From contig CBDCCS010000004.1 in the NCBI GenBank assembly GCA_965214935.1, forward strand, positions 1 to 64,000: 64,000 nt of DNA, written 5' to 3'. Position 1 is the stretch's first letter. Each line of letters opens with the position of its first letter. This document shows positions 30,788-40,327 of this stretch, piece by piece. The stretch comes from Candidatus Velthaea sp. GTDB taxonomy: Bacteria > Vulcanimicrobiota > Vulcanimicrobiia > Vulcanimicrobiales > Vulcanimicrobiaceae. The translations under genes were made by a program, and so were the position numbers. The notes under the pieces were generated by a model. It made no database searches. It saw only the letters and a list, made by a program, of their open reading frames with translations, and had not been told where the DNA came from.

Positions 30788-31888
30788 GTGCGCCGGTTTC
30801 ACATGGCCTTGCTGACGTTGTGCATGGCGCTTCCGCTTGTCGCTGCAACATCGCCCGCTTCTATTCTCGGGACACCGACGCTCTTCGTCTATCCATTTGC
30901 CGTCAACGGCAGCGACGTTAACCGCGAAGCCGGTTCGCGGCTCGCCGTCGCCATTGCAACGCAAATCGCCGAATTGGGCGGTGTCGCGGTGAAGCCGGCT
31001 CCGCCGGGAATAAACGCTCAGACGTATCTGCAAGCCGCCCTTGCCGACGGCGTGCAATATTATATTGCCGGTTACGTTACGCCGCTGGGCGACGGCGTTT
31101 CGGTGGTCGAGCAGTTGGTGAGCACGCAAAGCGGGATCGTGGTTTACAGCAATACGGCCCAGGTACGGTCGTACGCCGACGCTGCCGGGCAGGGTGACGT
31201 CCTGCGCGATGCGCTGCTCCGTCACCAGACGCGCAATTTGGGCGCGTACGCCGCACCGCCGCCGGCCGCCGACACACCGTCACCGACGCCGGCACCGGGC
31301 TCGGCGACACAAGCGAATCTCGGCCGGCTCTTCGGGCGTAAACAACGGCGGAGCAACGCTCAAGCAGCTCCGACTCCGGTCGCGTCGAAGGCCCCGCGGG
31401 TAGCGCTCGCGAGCGCTGCGACACCGGCCGGCTCGCCGCCGCCAAGCTTGCCGCCGGCAACGCCGGCACCGGCCGCTCGAACGGCGAGCGCAGCCGGTGC
31501 CGGCTTAAACATCGGATTACTCGCCATCGGCGGATCCGCTGATGCGGAACGGCGCGCATTTACCGCCGCGGCCGTCCGTAACATCATGCTGGCCCGTCAT
31601 CGCCGAGTTGCAGCGGACGTTGCGGCCGGTCCCGGCGCGTGTAGCTCGGCACCGATCGATACGCTCGTCAGCGGGAATCTCACGACGCTCAGCCACGTGA
31701 TTCTGGGCAAACGCGAAACCACCGCGACGCTTGATTTTATTGCCTACGATTGTAGCGGTACCGTCGTCTACCGCAAAATTTTCGCCAACGACGCGCGCGG
31801 CGGTTGGAAGAACGCCGTCGATCAAGTCGTGCGCAACGCCGTCGATGAGTTTTTAGCCCGGCCGGCGACGACCCGCCGCGGCGGATGA
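30788..31888 (+). CDS. Exported hypothetical protein: two alpha/beta domains joined by a Pro/Ala linker
   Basis: Signal peptide; LFVYPFAVNG start is reminiscent of TolB-N/CsgG-like domains. Confidence 0.65.
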   Translation: MRRFHMALLTLCMALPLVAATSPASILGTPTLFVYPFAVNGSDVNREAGSRLAVAIATQIAELGGVAVKPAPPGINAQTYLQAALADGVQYYIAGYVTPLGDGVSVVEQLVSTQSGIVVYSNTAQVRSYADAAGQGDVLRDALLRHQTRNLGAYAAPPPAADTPSPTPAPGSATQANLGRLFGRKQRRSNAQAAPTPVASKAPRVALASAATPAGSPPPSLPPATPAPAARTASAAGAGLNIGLLAIGGSADAERRAFTAAAVRNIMLARHRRVAADVAAGPGACSSAPIDTLVSGNLTTLSHVILGKRETTATLDFIAYDCSGTVVYRKIFANDARGGWKNAVDQVVRNAVDEFLARPATTRRGG

Positions 31889-32850
31889 CCGGACCGTTCG
31901 ATCGCCTGCAATTGCCGGTGATCGCCGCGCCGTTATTTCTCATCTCGAATCCGCAGCTTGTTATCGAACAATGCAAAGCCGGTGTGGTCGGATCGTTTCC
32001 GGCACTCAATGCACGACCGGCCGACTTGCTCGACGAGTGGCTCCACTGCATTACCGAGGAACTCGCAGCGTTCGACCGCGCGCATCCGGACCGCCCGTCA
32101 GCACCATTTGCCGTCAATCAGATCGTCCATCGGTCGAACGACCGGCTCGAGCACGATCTCGACGCTTGTCGCAAATGGAAGGTGCCGATCGTTATTACGT
32201 CGCTGGGCGCCCGTACCGACGTTAATACCGCCGTGCACGCGTATGGCGGGATCGTCCTCCACGATGTGATCAACGGCGTTTTTGCCCGCAAGGCAATCGA
32301 AAAAGGTGCCGACGGTTTGATTGCGGTCGCCGCCGGTGCGGGCGGGCACGCCGGAACGCTTTCGCCGTTTGCACTCGTACAAGAAATTCGGCGCTGGTTC
32401 GGAGGTCCGCTCGTGTTGTCCGGCGCAATCGCGACCGGGCGCGCGATCCTAAGCGCACAAACGATCGGTGCCGACTTCGCCTATATCGGCTCAGCTTTTA
32501 TCGCTACTACCGAAGCAAACGCAACGCCGGCATATAAAGAAGCCGTTGTAACCGGAACGGCCGCCGACATCGTTTATACGAATCTGTTCACCGGCGTGCA
32601 CGGTAACTATTTGAAATCGTCGATTGTTGCAGCCGGACTCGATCCAGATGCGTTACCGCAAAGCGACCCGGCTGCGATGGATTTCGGCGGCACGGCGGTC
32701 AAGGCGTGGCGCGACGTTTGGGGCAGCGGACAAGGCATCGGCGTCATCGATGAAGTCTGCTCGACGGCGATGCTCATCGCGCGGTTACGCACAGAGTATG
32801 TCGCCGCGCGCAGCACGATGGTCGAGCGCTCCCGGCGCTACGTCAGCTAA
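31885..32850 (+). CDS. Nitronate monooxygenase family flavoenzyme
   Basis: LPVIAAPLF, GSFPALNAR, AGAGGHAG, GADFAYIGSAF, WGSGQG. Confidence 0.92.
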   Translation: MTGPFDRLQLPVIAAPLFLISNPQLVIEQCKAGVVGSFPALNARPADLLDEWLHCITEELAAFDRAHPDRPSAPFAVNQIVHRSNDRLEHDLDACRKWKVPIVITSLGARTDVNTAVHAYGGIVLHDVINGVFARKAIEKGADGLIAVAAGAGGHAGTLSPFALVQEIRRWFGGPLVLSGAIATGRAILSAQTIGADFAYIGSAFIATTEANATPAYKEAVVTGTAADIVYTNLFTGVHGNYLKSSIVAAGLDPDALPQSDPAAMDFGGTAVKAWRDVWGSGQGIGVIDEVCSTAMLIARLRTEYVAARSTMVERSRRYVS

Positions 32851-33367
32851 GCTCCGCCTCTCGGTCATCGAGCAATCCGGGCGGGACATCAACCACAATC
32901 CGTTTTGCAGCAACATCGATCGATACGATAAACGCGGCAACCATCGGCACGAGGCGGCGTGCGATCCCGATCACCAGCATATCTTGGGCCGGATAATGTT
33001 CGACGGCAACGACCGTTCCATAGCCGACCTCATGCTTGTCGACGAGCGTACAGCCGACCAGATCCGCATCGAGGTACTCACCCGGTGCCAAAGCGGTGGT
33101 GGCGCGATCGAGTCCAAGCGTGGCGCCGACCAGCGTCTCGGCAGCGTCGATGTCGTCGAAGCCGACGAACGCGGCCAGCGGACGGCCTTTGTGCATGCGT
33201 GAGGACCTGACCCGCAACTCGCATTCCGAGCCGTCGCGCAACCAGGCTCGCACAAGCGTTCCGGCGGCCATCGAATCGCTACCGAGTCGAGTCGCATCGA
33301 TTTTACATTCGCCGTGCAGCCCGAAAACGCCGACGATTCGACCCGCGTTGAGGTCCGGAGCGGTCAC
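32843..33367 (-). CDS. rimM: Ribosome maturation factor RimM
   Basis: GRIVGVFGLHGE, PGEYLDADLVG, PAQD, I.VDVPPGLLD; located after rpsP-khpA. Confidence 0.9.
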   Translation of the reverse strand: MTAPDLNAGRIVGVFGLHGECKIDATRLGSDSMAAGTLVRAWLRDGSECELRVRSSRMHKGRPLAAFVGFDDIDAAETLVGATLGLDRATTALAPGEYLDADLVGCTLVDKHEVGYGTVVAVEHYPAQDMLVIGIARRLVPMVAAFIVSIDVAAKRIVVDVPPGLLDDREAELS

Positions 33368-33382
33368 TCCGGCGGGTGAAGC

Positions 33383-33967
33383 TCAGGGGCCGTCGTCATC
33401 CGGTGCGATCTGAACGGGCTGGTCGTCTGCGATTGGTCCGGCATCGTCGGCAATCGTGCCGTGCGCATCAACCGGATGCTCGAGATCTTCCTCTGCTTCA
33501 ACATCATCTTGATCGACATCGACGATATCGACGATGACGCGGCCTTCCGCGCTGGCGCGCACCAGCGTTCGCAAAGCGTGTGCTACCCGGCCGCCCCGCC
33601 CGATAACCTTGCCGAGATCGTCTGGATGAACTTCGAGGGCGATGATCGGACCGCGATCTCCCTCAACTTGGCGAACGACGACACTGGCAGGTGACGCGAC
33701 GAGTTTCTTTGCCAAAAACTCAAGCAAGCCGGCTGCGCGTGCCTGCGACGCGAGCGGATCGCCCGGTTCGCGCACGGGGCGTTCGCGCGGCACAAAACGT
33801 TCGGACGGACCGCGTCGCGGCCGCGCCGGCCGCTCGTCTTCCGGCTCGATTTCATCGATGATCGTCTCGCCCGTCGCGATCGTGCGCGCACCAAGGGTCG
33901 AGCGACGCTCATCTTCTTCGGGCGCTTCATCGCCGAACAGGCCAAATTCGTCGTCGAAAGCCGACAC
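33383..33967 (-). CDS. khpA: KH-domain RNA-binding protein KhpA with acidic extensions
   Basis: VHPDDLGKVIGRGGRVAHALRTLV; GTG start 5 nt after rpsP. Confidence 0.85.
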   Translation of the reverse strand: MSAFDDEFGLFGDEAPEEDERRSTLGARTIATGETIIDEIEPEDERPARPRRGPSERFVPRERPVREPGDPLASQARAAGLLEFLAKKLVASPASVVVRQVEGDRGPIIALEVHPDDLGKVIGRGGRVAHALRTLVRASAEGRVIVDIVDVDQDDVEAEEDLEHPVDAHGTIADDAGPIADDQPVQIAPDDDGP

Positions 33968-33971
33968 GGAT

Positions 33972-34265
33972 TTAGTCTGACTTCTCCGACTTGGGCTTGC
34001 GCTTGGTATCGGGCACGAAACCACGTTCGACGATGCCGAGTTCGGCAAAAAGCCGGCGCACCGGATCGGACGGCTGGGCGCCCTTGGCGATCCACTCCTT
34101 GGCCTTATCCTGGTTGACGACGACCGTCTTGGGCTCGGTGCGAGGATTATAGTGACCCAAGATCTCGATAAAGCGGCCGTCACGCGGCGAGCGCGCATCG
34201 CTGACGACGAATCGATACGTCGGCTGTTTTTTCGCGCCCATCCGGCGCAACCGTATACGAACCAT
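33972..34265 (-). CDS. rpsP: 30S ribosomal protein S16
   Basis: [18 protein letters not shown]...RDGRFIE.LG.YNP, GAQPSD. Confidence 0.97.
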   Translation of the reverse strand: MVRIRLRRMGAKKQPTYRFVVSDARSPRDGRFIEILGHYNPRTEPKTVVVNQDKAKEWIAKGAQPSDPVRRLFAELGIVERGFVPDTKRKPKSEKSD

Positions 34266-34318
34266 ACCTTATCCTTTTTCCAACGGCCTAAAGCCGCAAA
34301 GTACCATGCTGAACAAAT

Positions 34319-35638
34319 TTATCGCCCGAGCCCGGGCAAGCGTAGACCACGGCCGCCTTTTCCTAGTTGCTTCATCATCTGGCGCGACGCCTCGAACTGC
34401 TTGACCAGCCGATTCACGTCCGACACCTGCGTTCCGCTGCCCGCGGCGATGCGCTTGCGCCGCGAACCGTTCAAAATCTCCGGTCGCGATCGTTCGCGCC
34501 GCGTCATCGAACAGATGATCGCTTCGACCTTTTTGACGTCCCGCTCGTCGATATCGACATTCGGCAGCGCTTTTGCCAGCCCCGGAATCATCTTCATGAT
34601 GTCGTTCATCGAGCCCATTTTCCGAACTTGGCGCAATTGCTCGAGGAAGTCATCGAGGGTGAACTCCGATTTGCGCAGCTTCTGCGCGATGTCTTTGGCT
34701 TGCTGCTCGGAGTAGACGGCTTGCGTCTTTTCGATGAGCGTCAGGACGTCGCCCATGCCGAGGATTCGCGATGCCAACCGATCCGGATAGAACGGCTCGA
34801 GCGCGCTGAGCTTCTCGCCGATGCCGACGAATTTAATCGGAGCGCCGGTCATTTTATGGATCGAAAGCGCCGCACCGCCACGCGCGTCGCCGTCCATCTT
34901 GGTCAGCACGACGCCGGTAATGCCCAGCCGGTCGTTAAAGACTTTGGCGACGTTCGTTGCTTCTTGGCCGGTCATTGAATCGGCCACAAACAGAATCTCG
35001 AGCGGTTGAACGGCTGCCTTAATGTTGTCGAGTTCCGTCATGAGAGCGTCGTCGATTTGGAGACGTCCCGCGGTGTCGATGATGACGGTCGGGATGCCGA
35101 GACGTTTCGCTTCGGCAACGCCGTTGCGCGCGATTGCGACCGGATCGCCTTGACCGGCTTCAAAAACGGGCAGATCGATTTGCCGGCCCAGCGTCTGCAG
35201 CTGAGCGATAGCGGCCGGACGATAAACGTCGGCGGCGACCAACAAGGTGCGGCGCCCCTGCTCTTTGAGCCGCAGCGCTATTTTGCCGGCATGCGTCGTC
35301 TTTCCCGACCCTTGCAGACCGACGAGCATGTAGACCGTCGGCGGCGCGTCGCTGTATTGCAGCCGGGATTGCGCCCCGCCCATGAGCTCGACGAGCTCGT
35401 CGTGAACGATCTTAATGATCGTTTGGGCCGGCGTGAGCGAAGCGGCTACATCCGCTCCGGTCGCCTTCTCCTTGATCGCGTTAACGAAATCTTTGGCAAC
35501 CTTGAGCGAGACATCGGCTTCGAGCAGCGCAACGCGCACTTCGCGTAATACCTCGGCAACGTCCGTCTCGGAAAGACGGCCGCGATTCGACATACGACTG
35601 AAGATTGCGCCTAAGCGCTCGCTCAACGCCTCAAGCAT
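34319..35638 (-). CDS. ffh: Signal recognition particle protein Ffh
   Basis: ALLEADV, GLQGSGKTT, DTAGR, TKMDGDARGG, RILGMGD, SRRKRIAAGSG. Confidence 0.97.
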   Translation of the reverse strand: MLEALSERLGAIFSRMSNRGRLSETDVAEVLREVRVALLEADVSLKVAKDFVNAIKEKATGADVAASLTPAQTIIKIVHDELVELMGGAQSRLQYSDAPPTVYMLVGLQGSGKTTHAGKIALRLKEQGRRTLLVAADVYRPAAIAQLQTLGRQIDLPVFEAGQGDPVAIARNGVAEAKRLGIPTVIIDTAGRLQIDDALMTELDNIKAAVQPLEILFVADSMTGQEATNVAKVFNDRLGITGVVLTKMDGDARGGAALSIHKMTGAPIKFVGIGEKLSALEPFYPDRLASRILGMGDVLTLIEKTQAVYSEQQAKDIAQKLRKSEFTLDDFLEQLRQVRKMGSMNDIMKMIPGLAKALPNVDIDERDVKKVEAIICSMTRRERSRPEILNGSRRKRIAAGSGTQVSDVNRLVKQFEASRQMMKQLGKGGRGLRLPGLGR

Positions 35639-35643
35639 CGAGG

Positions 35644-35889
35644 CTACGCTTTTTCGGTGGTTGCATCGATCTTGGTGACGGCGTCACCAACGGTTTTGAT
35701 TTTTTCGGCTTCTTCATCGGGGATATCGATGTTGAATTCGGTCTCAAACGCCATGACCAACTCAACCTGGTCGAGCGAATCGGCTCCGAGATCATCGGTG
35801 ATCGAGGCCTCGGGCGTTACTTCGGACTCCTCAACACCAAGTTGTTCGACGATAATCTTTTTGACTTTTTCGAAGGTATCAGCGGCCAT
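35644..35889 (-). CDS. acpP: Acyl carrier protein
   Basis: [17 protein letters not shown]. Confidence 0.97.
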   Translation of the reverse strand: MAADTFEKVKKIIVEQLGVEESEVTPEASITDDLGADSLDQVELVMAFETEFNIDIPDEEAEKIKTVGDAVTKIDATTEKA

Positions 35890-35914
35890 TAATATTCGGT
35901 AATCTCCACAAGCA

Positions 35915-36661
35915 TCACATCAAAAATCCGCCGTCGACAACGATCGTTTGACCGGTCACGTAACGGGCGGCATCGGAGCACAGAAACGAAACGACGCCGG
36001 CGACATCATCCGGCGAACCCGGACGGCCGAGAGCGATTTGTCGAAGGTACTGGGCACGGGCAGCCTCCGGCATCTGCGCGGTCATCGACGTCTCGATTAG
36101 ACCGGGGGCAACGGCGTTGACTCTTACGTTCCTCGACCCTATCTCCTTCGCTAACGATTTCGTCAAGCCGAGCAAACCGGCTTTGGTCGCACTGTAAGCC
36201 GTTTGTCCGGCACTTCCGGCAAGTCCGACGATGCTCGATACAAAGACGATCGCGCCGCTACGCGCTTTGACCATCGGGCGCAAGGCCGCAGCGGAAAGAT
36301 AAAACGCCGACTTGAGATTCGCGCTCAGCAACCGGTCGAGGTCGTTACTCTTGAACCGAAGGATGAGACCGTCGATTGCTTGACCGGCGTTTGCAACGGC
36401 GATGTCGAGCCGGCCTAGATCGGCGACAACCTGTGTCACGGCACGCATGTTGGCGGCTTCATCCGCGACATCAACGATATACTGCTGCACGCGAGCACCG
36501 GGACGAACCGCGAAGCAGGCTGCAGCCGATGCGTCGAGCGCCGCCGCATCTCGTCCGAGAAGCGCGATATCCGCGCCGCCCTTGACCAGATCAACGGCGA
36601 TTGCGCGCCCGATACCGCGACTCGCACCCGTAACAAGTGCGACTTTCCCGGCAAAAATCAT
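35915..36661 (-). CDS. fabG: 3-oxoacyl-ACP reductase
   Basis: [25 protein letters not shown]; fab operon context. Confidence 0.9.
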   Translation of the reverse strand: MIFAGKVALVTGASRGIGRAIAVDLVKGGADIALLGRDAAALDASAAACFAVRPGARVQQYIVDVADEAANMRAVTQVVADLGRLDIAVANAGQAIDGLILRFKSNDLDRLLSANLKSAFYLSAAALRPMVKARSGAIVFVSSIVGLAGSAGQTAYSATKAGLLGLTKSLAKEIGSRNVRVNAVAPGLIETSMTAQMPEAARAQYLRQIALGRPGSPDDVAGVVSFLCSDAARYVTGQTIVVDGGFLM

Positions 36662-37605
36662 CGTTTGACCGGTGCAAGCAACTCGCGCAACATTTCAACC
36701 CCGCGGGCATCATTCACGCTCATGACGCGCGGCGCACCGGCAAGTCGTTTCATCATCGGGGCAAGAACCGAACTAGCGCCGAACTCGACGATGATATCGA
36801 GGTCGTAAGCGACCATTGCCACCGCCGTATCGTGCCACCGGACTTCATCGGTAACCGAGCGCACGAGGTGATTGCGTATTGTCGTAACGTCGCCGTACGG
36901 CAGCGCGTCGACGTTTGAAAGCACGCGAAAGCACGGCAACGTTATCGCCGCGCCGCGCACGAAGCGCTCGAAGTCCGCACGAGCCGGTTCCATCAACGCT
37001 GAATGCCAAGCACCGGCGACATTGAGCGGGATCACGCGTTTAGCGCCGGCCGCAACGGCCGCCTCACCGGCTGCGCCGACCGCTTGCGCATCGCCGCTGA
37101 TGACGATCTGACCCGGCGCGTTGAAATTTGCAAGTTGCACGCGCCCGACGCCGCGTCGAACGACGCTTTCAACGACCGCTTGCAGCGCTGTTGCATCCAG
37201 ACCGAGAACCGCGGCCATCCGGCCCGGCGCTTGCAGCGCCGCACGCTGCATCGCTAGGCCACGTTCGTTCACGAGCGCAAGCGCCGTCTCGAACGACATT
37301 GCATCGGCAATCGTTAAACTGCAGTATTCACCGAACGAATGACCGGCCGACACCACCGGGTCGAGGACGTCGCCGACCGCCGCACGCAAAGCAAGATTGG
37401 CCACGAAGATCGCCGGCTGCGCATACCGCGTTTCACGTAGCGTCGTTTCCGGCCCGCGCAAGCAAACCTCGAACAAATCGTAACCGACGACGTGTTTGGC
37501 GATCGTGAAACATTCCATCGCCGCCGGGAAGGCCTGCGCAACGGCGGTTCCCATTCCGACTGTTTGCGAGCCTTGGCCCGGAAAGATGATACCGGCTCGC
37601 ATCAT
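36658..37605 (-). CDS. fabD: Malonyl-CoA:ACP transacylase
   Basis: [38 protein letters not shown]. Confidence 0.95.
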   Translation of the reverse strand: MMRAGIIFPGQGSQTVGMGTAVAQAFPAAMECFTIAKHVVGYDLFEVCLRGPETTLRETRYAQPAIFVANLALRAAVGDVLDPVVSAGHSFGEYCSLTIADAMSFETALALVNERGLAMQRAALQAPGRMAAVLGLDATALQAVVESVVRRGVGRVQLANFNAPGQIVISGDAQAVGAAGEAAVAAGAKRVIPLNVAGAWHSALMEPARADFERFVRGAAITLPCFRVLSNVDALPYGDVTTIRNHLVRSVTDEVRWHDTAVAMVAYDLDIIVEFGASSVLAPMMKRLAGAPRVMSVNDARGVEMLRELLAPVKR

Positions 37606-38621
37606 GCGCTCGTGACGGCCGCGCCGAGTGCGTTCCAGCGCCACGCTATGGCACCCCACGATAAGCCGGCGCCGAACGCGACGAACATCACCAGGTCGCC
37701 GTCGTTGAGCCGCTTGTCGGCATACGCTTGCGACAGAGCGATCGGGATCGACGCGGCCGAAGTGTTCCCGTGCTCGGCAATGTTGATATAAACTCGTTCG
37801 GCGACGACGCCGAGTTGTTTTGCCGCAGCATCGATGATGCGCTTATTGGCTTGATGCGGGATGAGTAATGCAATGTCGTCGATCGTCAAGTCGGCTTGGC
37901 TGAGCGCAGCCTGAACGGACTCGACCATTCGCGTTATCGCATACTTAAACGTTTCGCGTCCTTGCATGCGGATGAAATTTGCGCGTTGGTCGAGCAACGC
38001 AACGTCGATCGGCGAACGCGAGCCACCCGCCGGCAGATACAACATCTCGGGTTTTCTGCCGTCGGAACCGAAATGCGCACCGAGAAAGCTGTTCTCGTCG
38101 GCGCGCTCGACGATCACGGCACCGGCGCCGTCGCCGAAGAGTATCGCTGTCGCCCGATCGGTATAGTCGGTTATTTTAGAGAGTGTTTCGGAACCGATGA
38201 TCATTATGCGCTTATGCACGCCGACCCGAACGAGCGCTGAAACGACGCTGAGTCCGTAAACGAAGCCGCTGCATCCGATTTCCAAATCGAAGGCCGCTTT
38301 GTCGCGCGCACCCAGCGCCGAGGCGACGATCGCGGCAGTCGCCGGAAACAGATAGTCCGGCGTTACGGTGGCCACGACGTAGCAGTCGATATCGTCGGGA
38401 CCGTAGTCGGTGTGCGCTAAGCTCGCGCGGGCGGCCGAAACGGCAAGATCGCTCGATGCTTGAGCAGCGGCTGCGACGTGCCGCTTCTCGATTCCGGTTC
38501 GCGTCGTGATCCACTCATCGTTGGTGTCGAGTGTCCGTTCGAGATCTTCATTCGAGATCGTCTGTTCGGGGACGTAATGCCCGACGCCCGAGATGCGGAC
38601 GCCGTAAGCCTGAAGGGAAAT
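37602..38621 (-). CDS. fabH: Beta-ketoacyl-ACP synthase III (frame open to ATT at 38621; start non-canonical or indel-affected)
   Basis: Frame continues upstream of the ORF-track start: ISLQAYGVRISGVGHYVP..DTNDEWITTRTGI..; also GCSGF, FGDGAGA, PHQAN, GNTSAAS. Confidence 0.93.
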   Translation of the reverse strand: MSLQAYGVRISGVGHYVPEQTISNEDLERTLDTNDEWITTRTGIEKRHVAAAAQASSDLAVSAARASLAHTDYGPDDIDCYVVATVTPDYLFPATAAIVASALGARDKAAFDLEIGCSGFVYGLSVVSALVRVGVHKRIMIIGSETLSKITDYTDRATAILFGDGAGAVIVERADENSFLGAHFGSDGRKPEMLYLPAGGSRSPIDVALLDQRANFIRMQGRETFKYAITRMVESVQAALSQADLTIDDIALLIPHQANKRIIDAAAKQLGVVAERVYINIAEHGNTSAASIPIALSQAYADKRLNDGDLVMFVAFGAGLSWGAIAWRWNALGAAVTSA

Positions 38622-38675
38622 CGCTTTACGCCCCCGGCGTCATCGTGCGACGGCAGCCGATCCGCGTGCGGTCAT

Positions 38676-38882
38676 CTACCCGTGACTGTGACCGGCATGG
38701 TCTTCCTTGGGCGCAACGAGCGTGCGGCCATCGTAGGTGCCGCACGTCGGGCACACAAAATGCGGAAGTTTCGCCTGATGACACTGCGGGCACTCGGTCG
38801 TCGTCACCGGTGCAAGTTTCCAGTTCGCGGCCCGGCGGCTGCGAGTTTTCGAACGCGGGGTTTTCCATTTAGGATTCGCCAT
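38676..38882 (-). CDS. rpmF: 50S ribosomal protein L32 (Zn-ribbon type, His-rich tail)
   Basis: MANPKWKT..SKTRSRRA, CPQC...PHFVCPTCGTY. Confidence 0.95.
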   Translation of the reverse strand: MANPKWKTPRSKTRSRRAANWKLAPVTTTECPQCHQAKLPHFVCPTCGTYDGRTLVAPKEDHAGHSHG

Positions 38883-39348
38883 GATCGCCTTCCATCTCCG
38901 GGCAAACGCATCCGCCGCCCACGTTCTTACTTTGCCCACACATCGCGCACAAGCCGCGACAGTCTTCTTTGCATACAAGGCCGAACGGCAGCGCCGCGGT
39001 TACCAACTGCCGCGCCAGATCTCCAAGATCCAACTCCGTCCCGCTCAAGACATTATTGTCGCCGAACGGATCGCTCGACCCGCTCGGCGGATCGAAACGT
39101 TCCGCTACGTCGACATGGATCGGCACAACGACGTCGTCGAGGCAGCGGTCGCATTGACCGGCCGCATTCGCATCGATCGAACCATCGATTTGAACGCCTC
39201 GTTCGACGCGCCGTAGATCCAGCGCGACATGCGCAGGCTGCGGAAACACGAGCGAACCGAACGGCGGAATCGTGACCGAATCGTCAAACGAGATCGGCCG
39301 TCCTGCGTGCAGTAACGAACCAATGTCGATGACCAACGGAGAACCCAC
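38869..39348 (-). CDS. yceD: DUF177/YceD protein
   Basis: CDRCL, LDL...RQ....LP...VCKEDCRGLC..CG; lies upstream of rpmF. Confidence 0.9.
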   Translation of the reverse strand: MGSPLVIDIGSLLHAGRPISFDDSVTIPPFGSLVFPQPAHVALDLRRVERGVQIDGSIDANAAGQCDRCLDDVVVPIHVDVAERFDPPSGSSDPFGDNNVLSGTELDLGDLARQLVTAALPFGLVCKEDCRGLCAMCGQSKNVGGGCVCPEMEGDHGES

Positions 39349-39398
39349 ACCATAGAAAACGGGGTTTCCCGCCCGGGATACCCCATGCAAACCGCTCT

Positions 39399-39428
39399 AT
39401 CATAGACCTAGAACCGCTCCCTTGTCAA
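39399..39428 (-). promoter_or_regulatory. Sigma70-type promoter of the yceD-rpmF-fab operon
   Basis: Minus strand TTGACA-N18-TATGAT. Confidence 0.75.
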
Positions 39429-39455
39429 CGCAATGAATTGTCGCAGCTGAGCGCC

Positions 39456-39824
39456 ATGAGCAATTTTCTCACCCTTGGCCTTGGCGGCTCGACCGGCGGC
39501 TTGGCCGGATCGCCGCTCCAGTCGGTTGCCGGCTCTTCGCTTGCAGCGCAAGCCGGGTCCCAAATAACCACGACACGCTCTCTGCAGACCGGCACGTCTG
39601 GAACCGCGAGCCGCGATAGTCAGGTCGCCGATCTGAGCGCGACCACATCTGCGGTCAATCTCTTACAGCAGGCAGCGGCGGCGTTCGACGCGCCGGAGCC
39701 GGCGTTGCCCGCAGCGGCGCCGATGCCCGCACCGGCCAAACCCGCCGACGTGCCGACCGACGATCATGGCGTCAGCAACATCGTTTTTGCCGACGCCGAT
39801 GTCGACGGCAGCTTAATTCACTAA
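39456..39824 (+). CDS. Gly/Ser/Thr-rich hypothetical protein
   Basis: MSNFLTLGLGGSTGG...; low-complexity N-terminus, Pro/Ala linker, acidic end. Confidence 0.65.
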   Translation: MSNFLTLGLGGSTGGLAGSPLQSVAGSSLAAQAGSQITTTRSLQTGTSGTASRDSQVADLSATTSAVNLLQQAAAAFDAPEPALPAAAPMPAPAKPADVPTDDHGVSNIVFADADVDGSLIH

Positions 39825-39946
39825 CCGCCGGTTTGCGCCGGCCGACGAAGGTTGCTGTGCGGCCGGCTGTCGCTAGCCGGCCGAGTCGCACGCGTGATTG
39901 CAAAACGAACACCTGATGCAAATGCATCGTTTGAGGAGCGAAAGTA

Positions 39947-40327
39947 ATGAGTCTACTGTCCATGATTACGGGAGCCGCAACAGGCTTTCTAACCGGCGGT
40001 CCGGTCGGCGCCGGTGCCGGTGCCATCTCCGGACTGATCGGCGGTTCGAGCGGCATCGGCGGCGCGACCGGCAGCAGCGTTCTGAGCGGTATGGGTAACT
40101 CGGCACTGCAAACCGGACAAAACGCATACCTCGCTGCAAACGAACAGCTGCAACTGCAGCAACTCGCCTTTCAATACGCCGAGCAGCAACAAGCAGATTC
40201 TTTCGATAACGTCACGTCCGAAAAGTCGGAAATCATGCGTGAGTCCAATGAATTGCGCAACGTTGCGATGGAGCAGCGCAAAGCCGACAACGAGATCACC
40301 AAAGAGTTCATCAAGTCGATCGCTTGA
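39947..40327 (+). CDS. Gly-rich small protein with conserved C-terminal helix (paralogue of the next gene)
   Basis: GAGGAG SD; GGPVGAGAGAISGLIGG glycine-zipper-like segment; C-terminal RESNELRNVAMEQRKADNE. Confidence 0.8.
   Translation: MSLLSMITGAATGFLTGGPVGAGAGAISGLIGGSSGIGGATGSSVLSGMGNSALQTGQNAYLAANEQLQLQQLAFQYAEQQQADSFDNVTSEKSEIMRESNELRNVAMEQRKADNEITKEFIKSIA

Noticed and set aside
38640..38642. Selenocysteine readthrough of the TGA in frame with fabH
   Set aside because: The position lies upstream of the conserved FabH fold, is not a Cys-equivalent site, and no SECIS is evident.
39886..39903. Sigma54 promoter before the paralogue pair (TCGCACGCGTGATTGCA)
   Set aside because: Lacks the invariant GG, and the -24/-12 spacing is one base too long.
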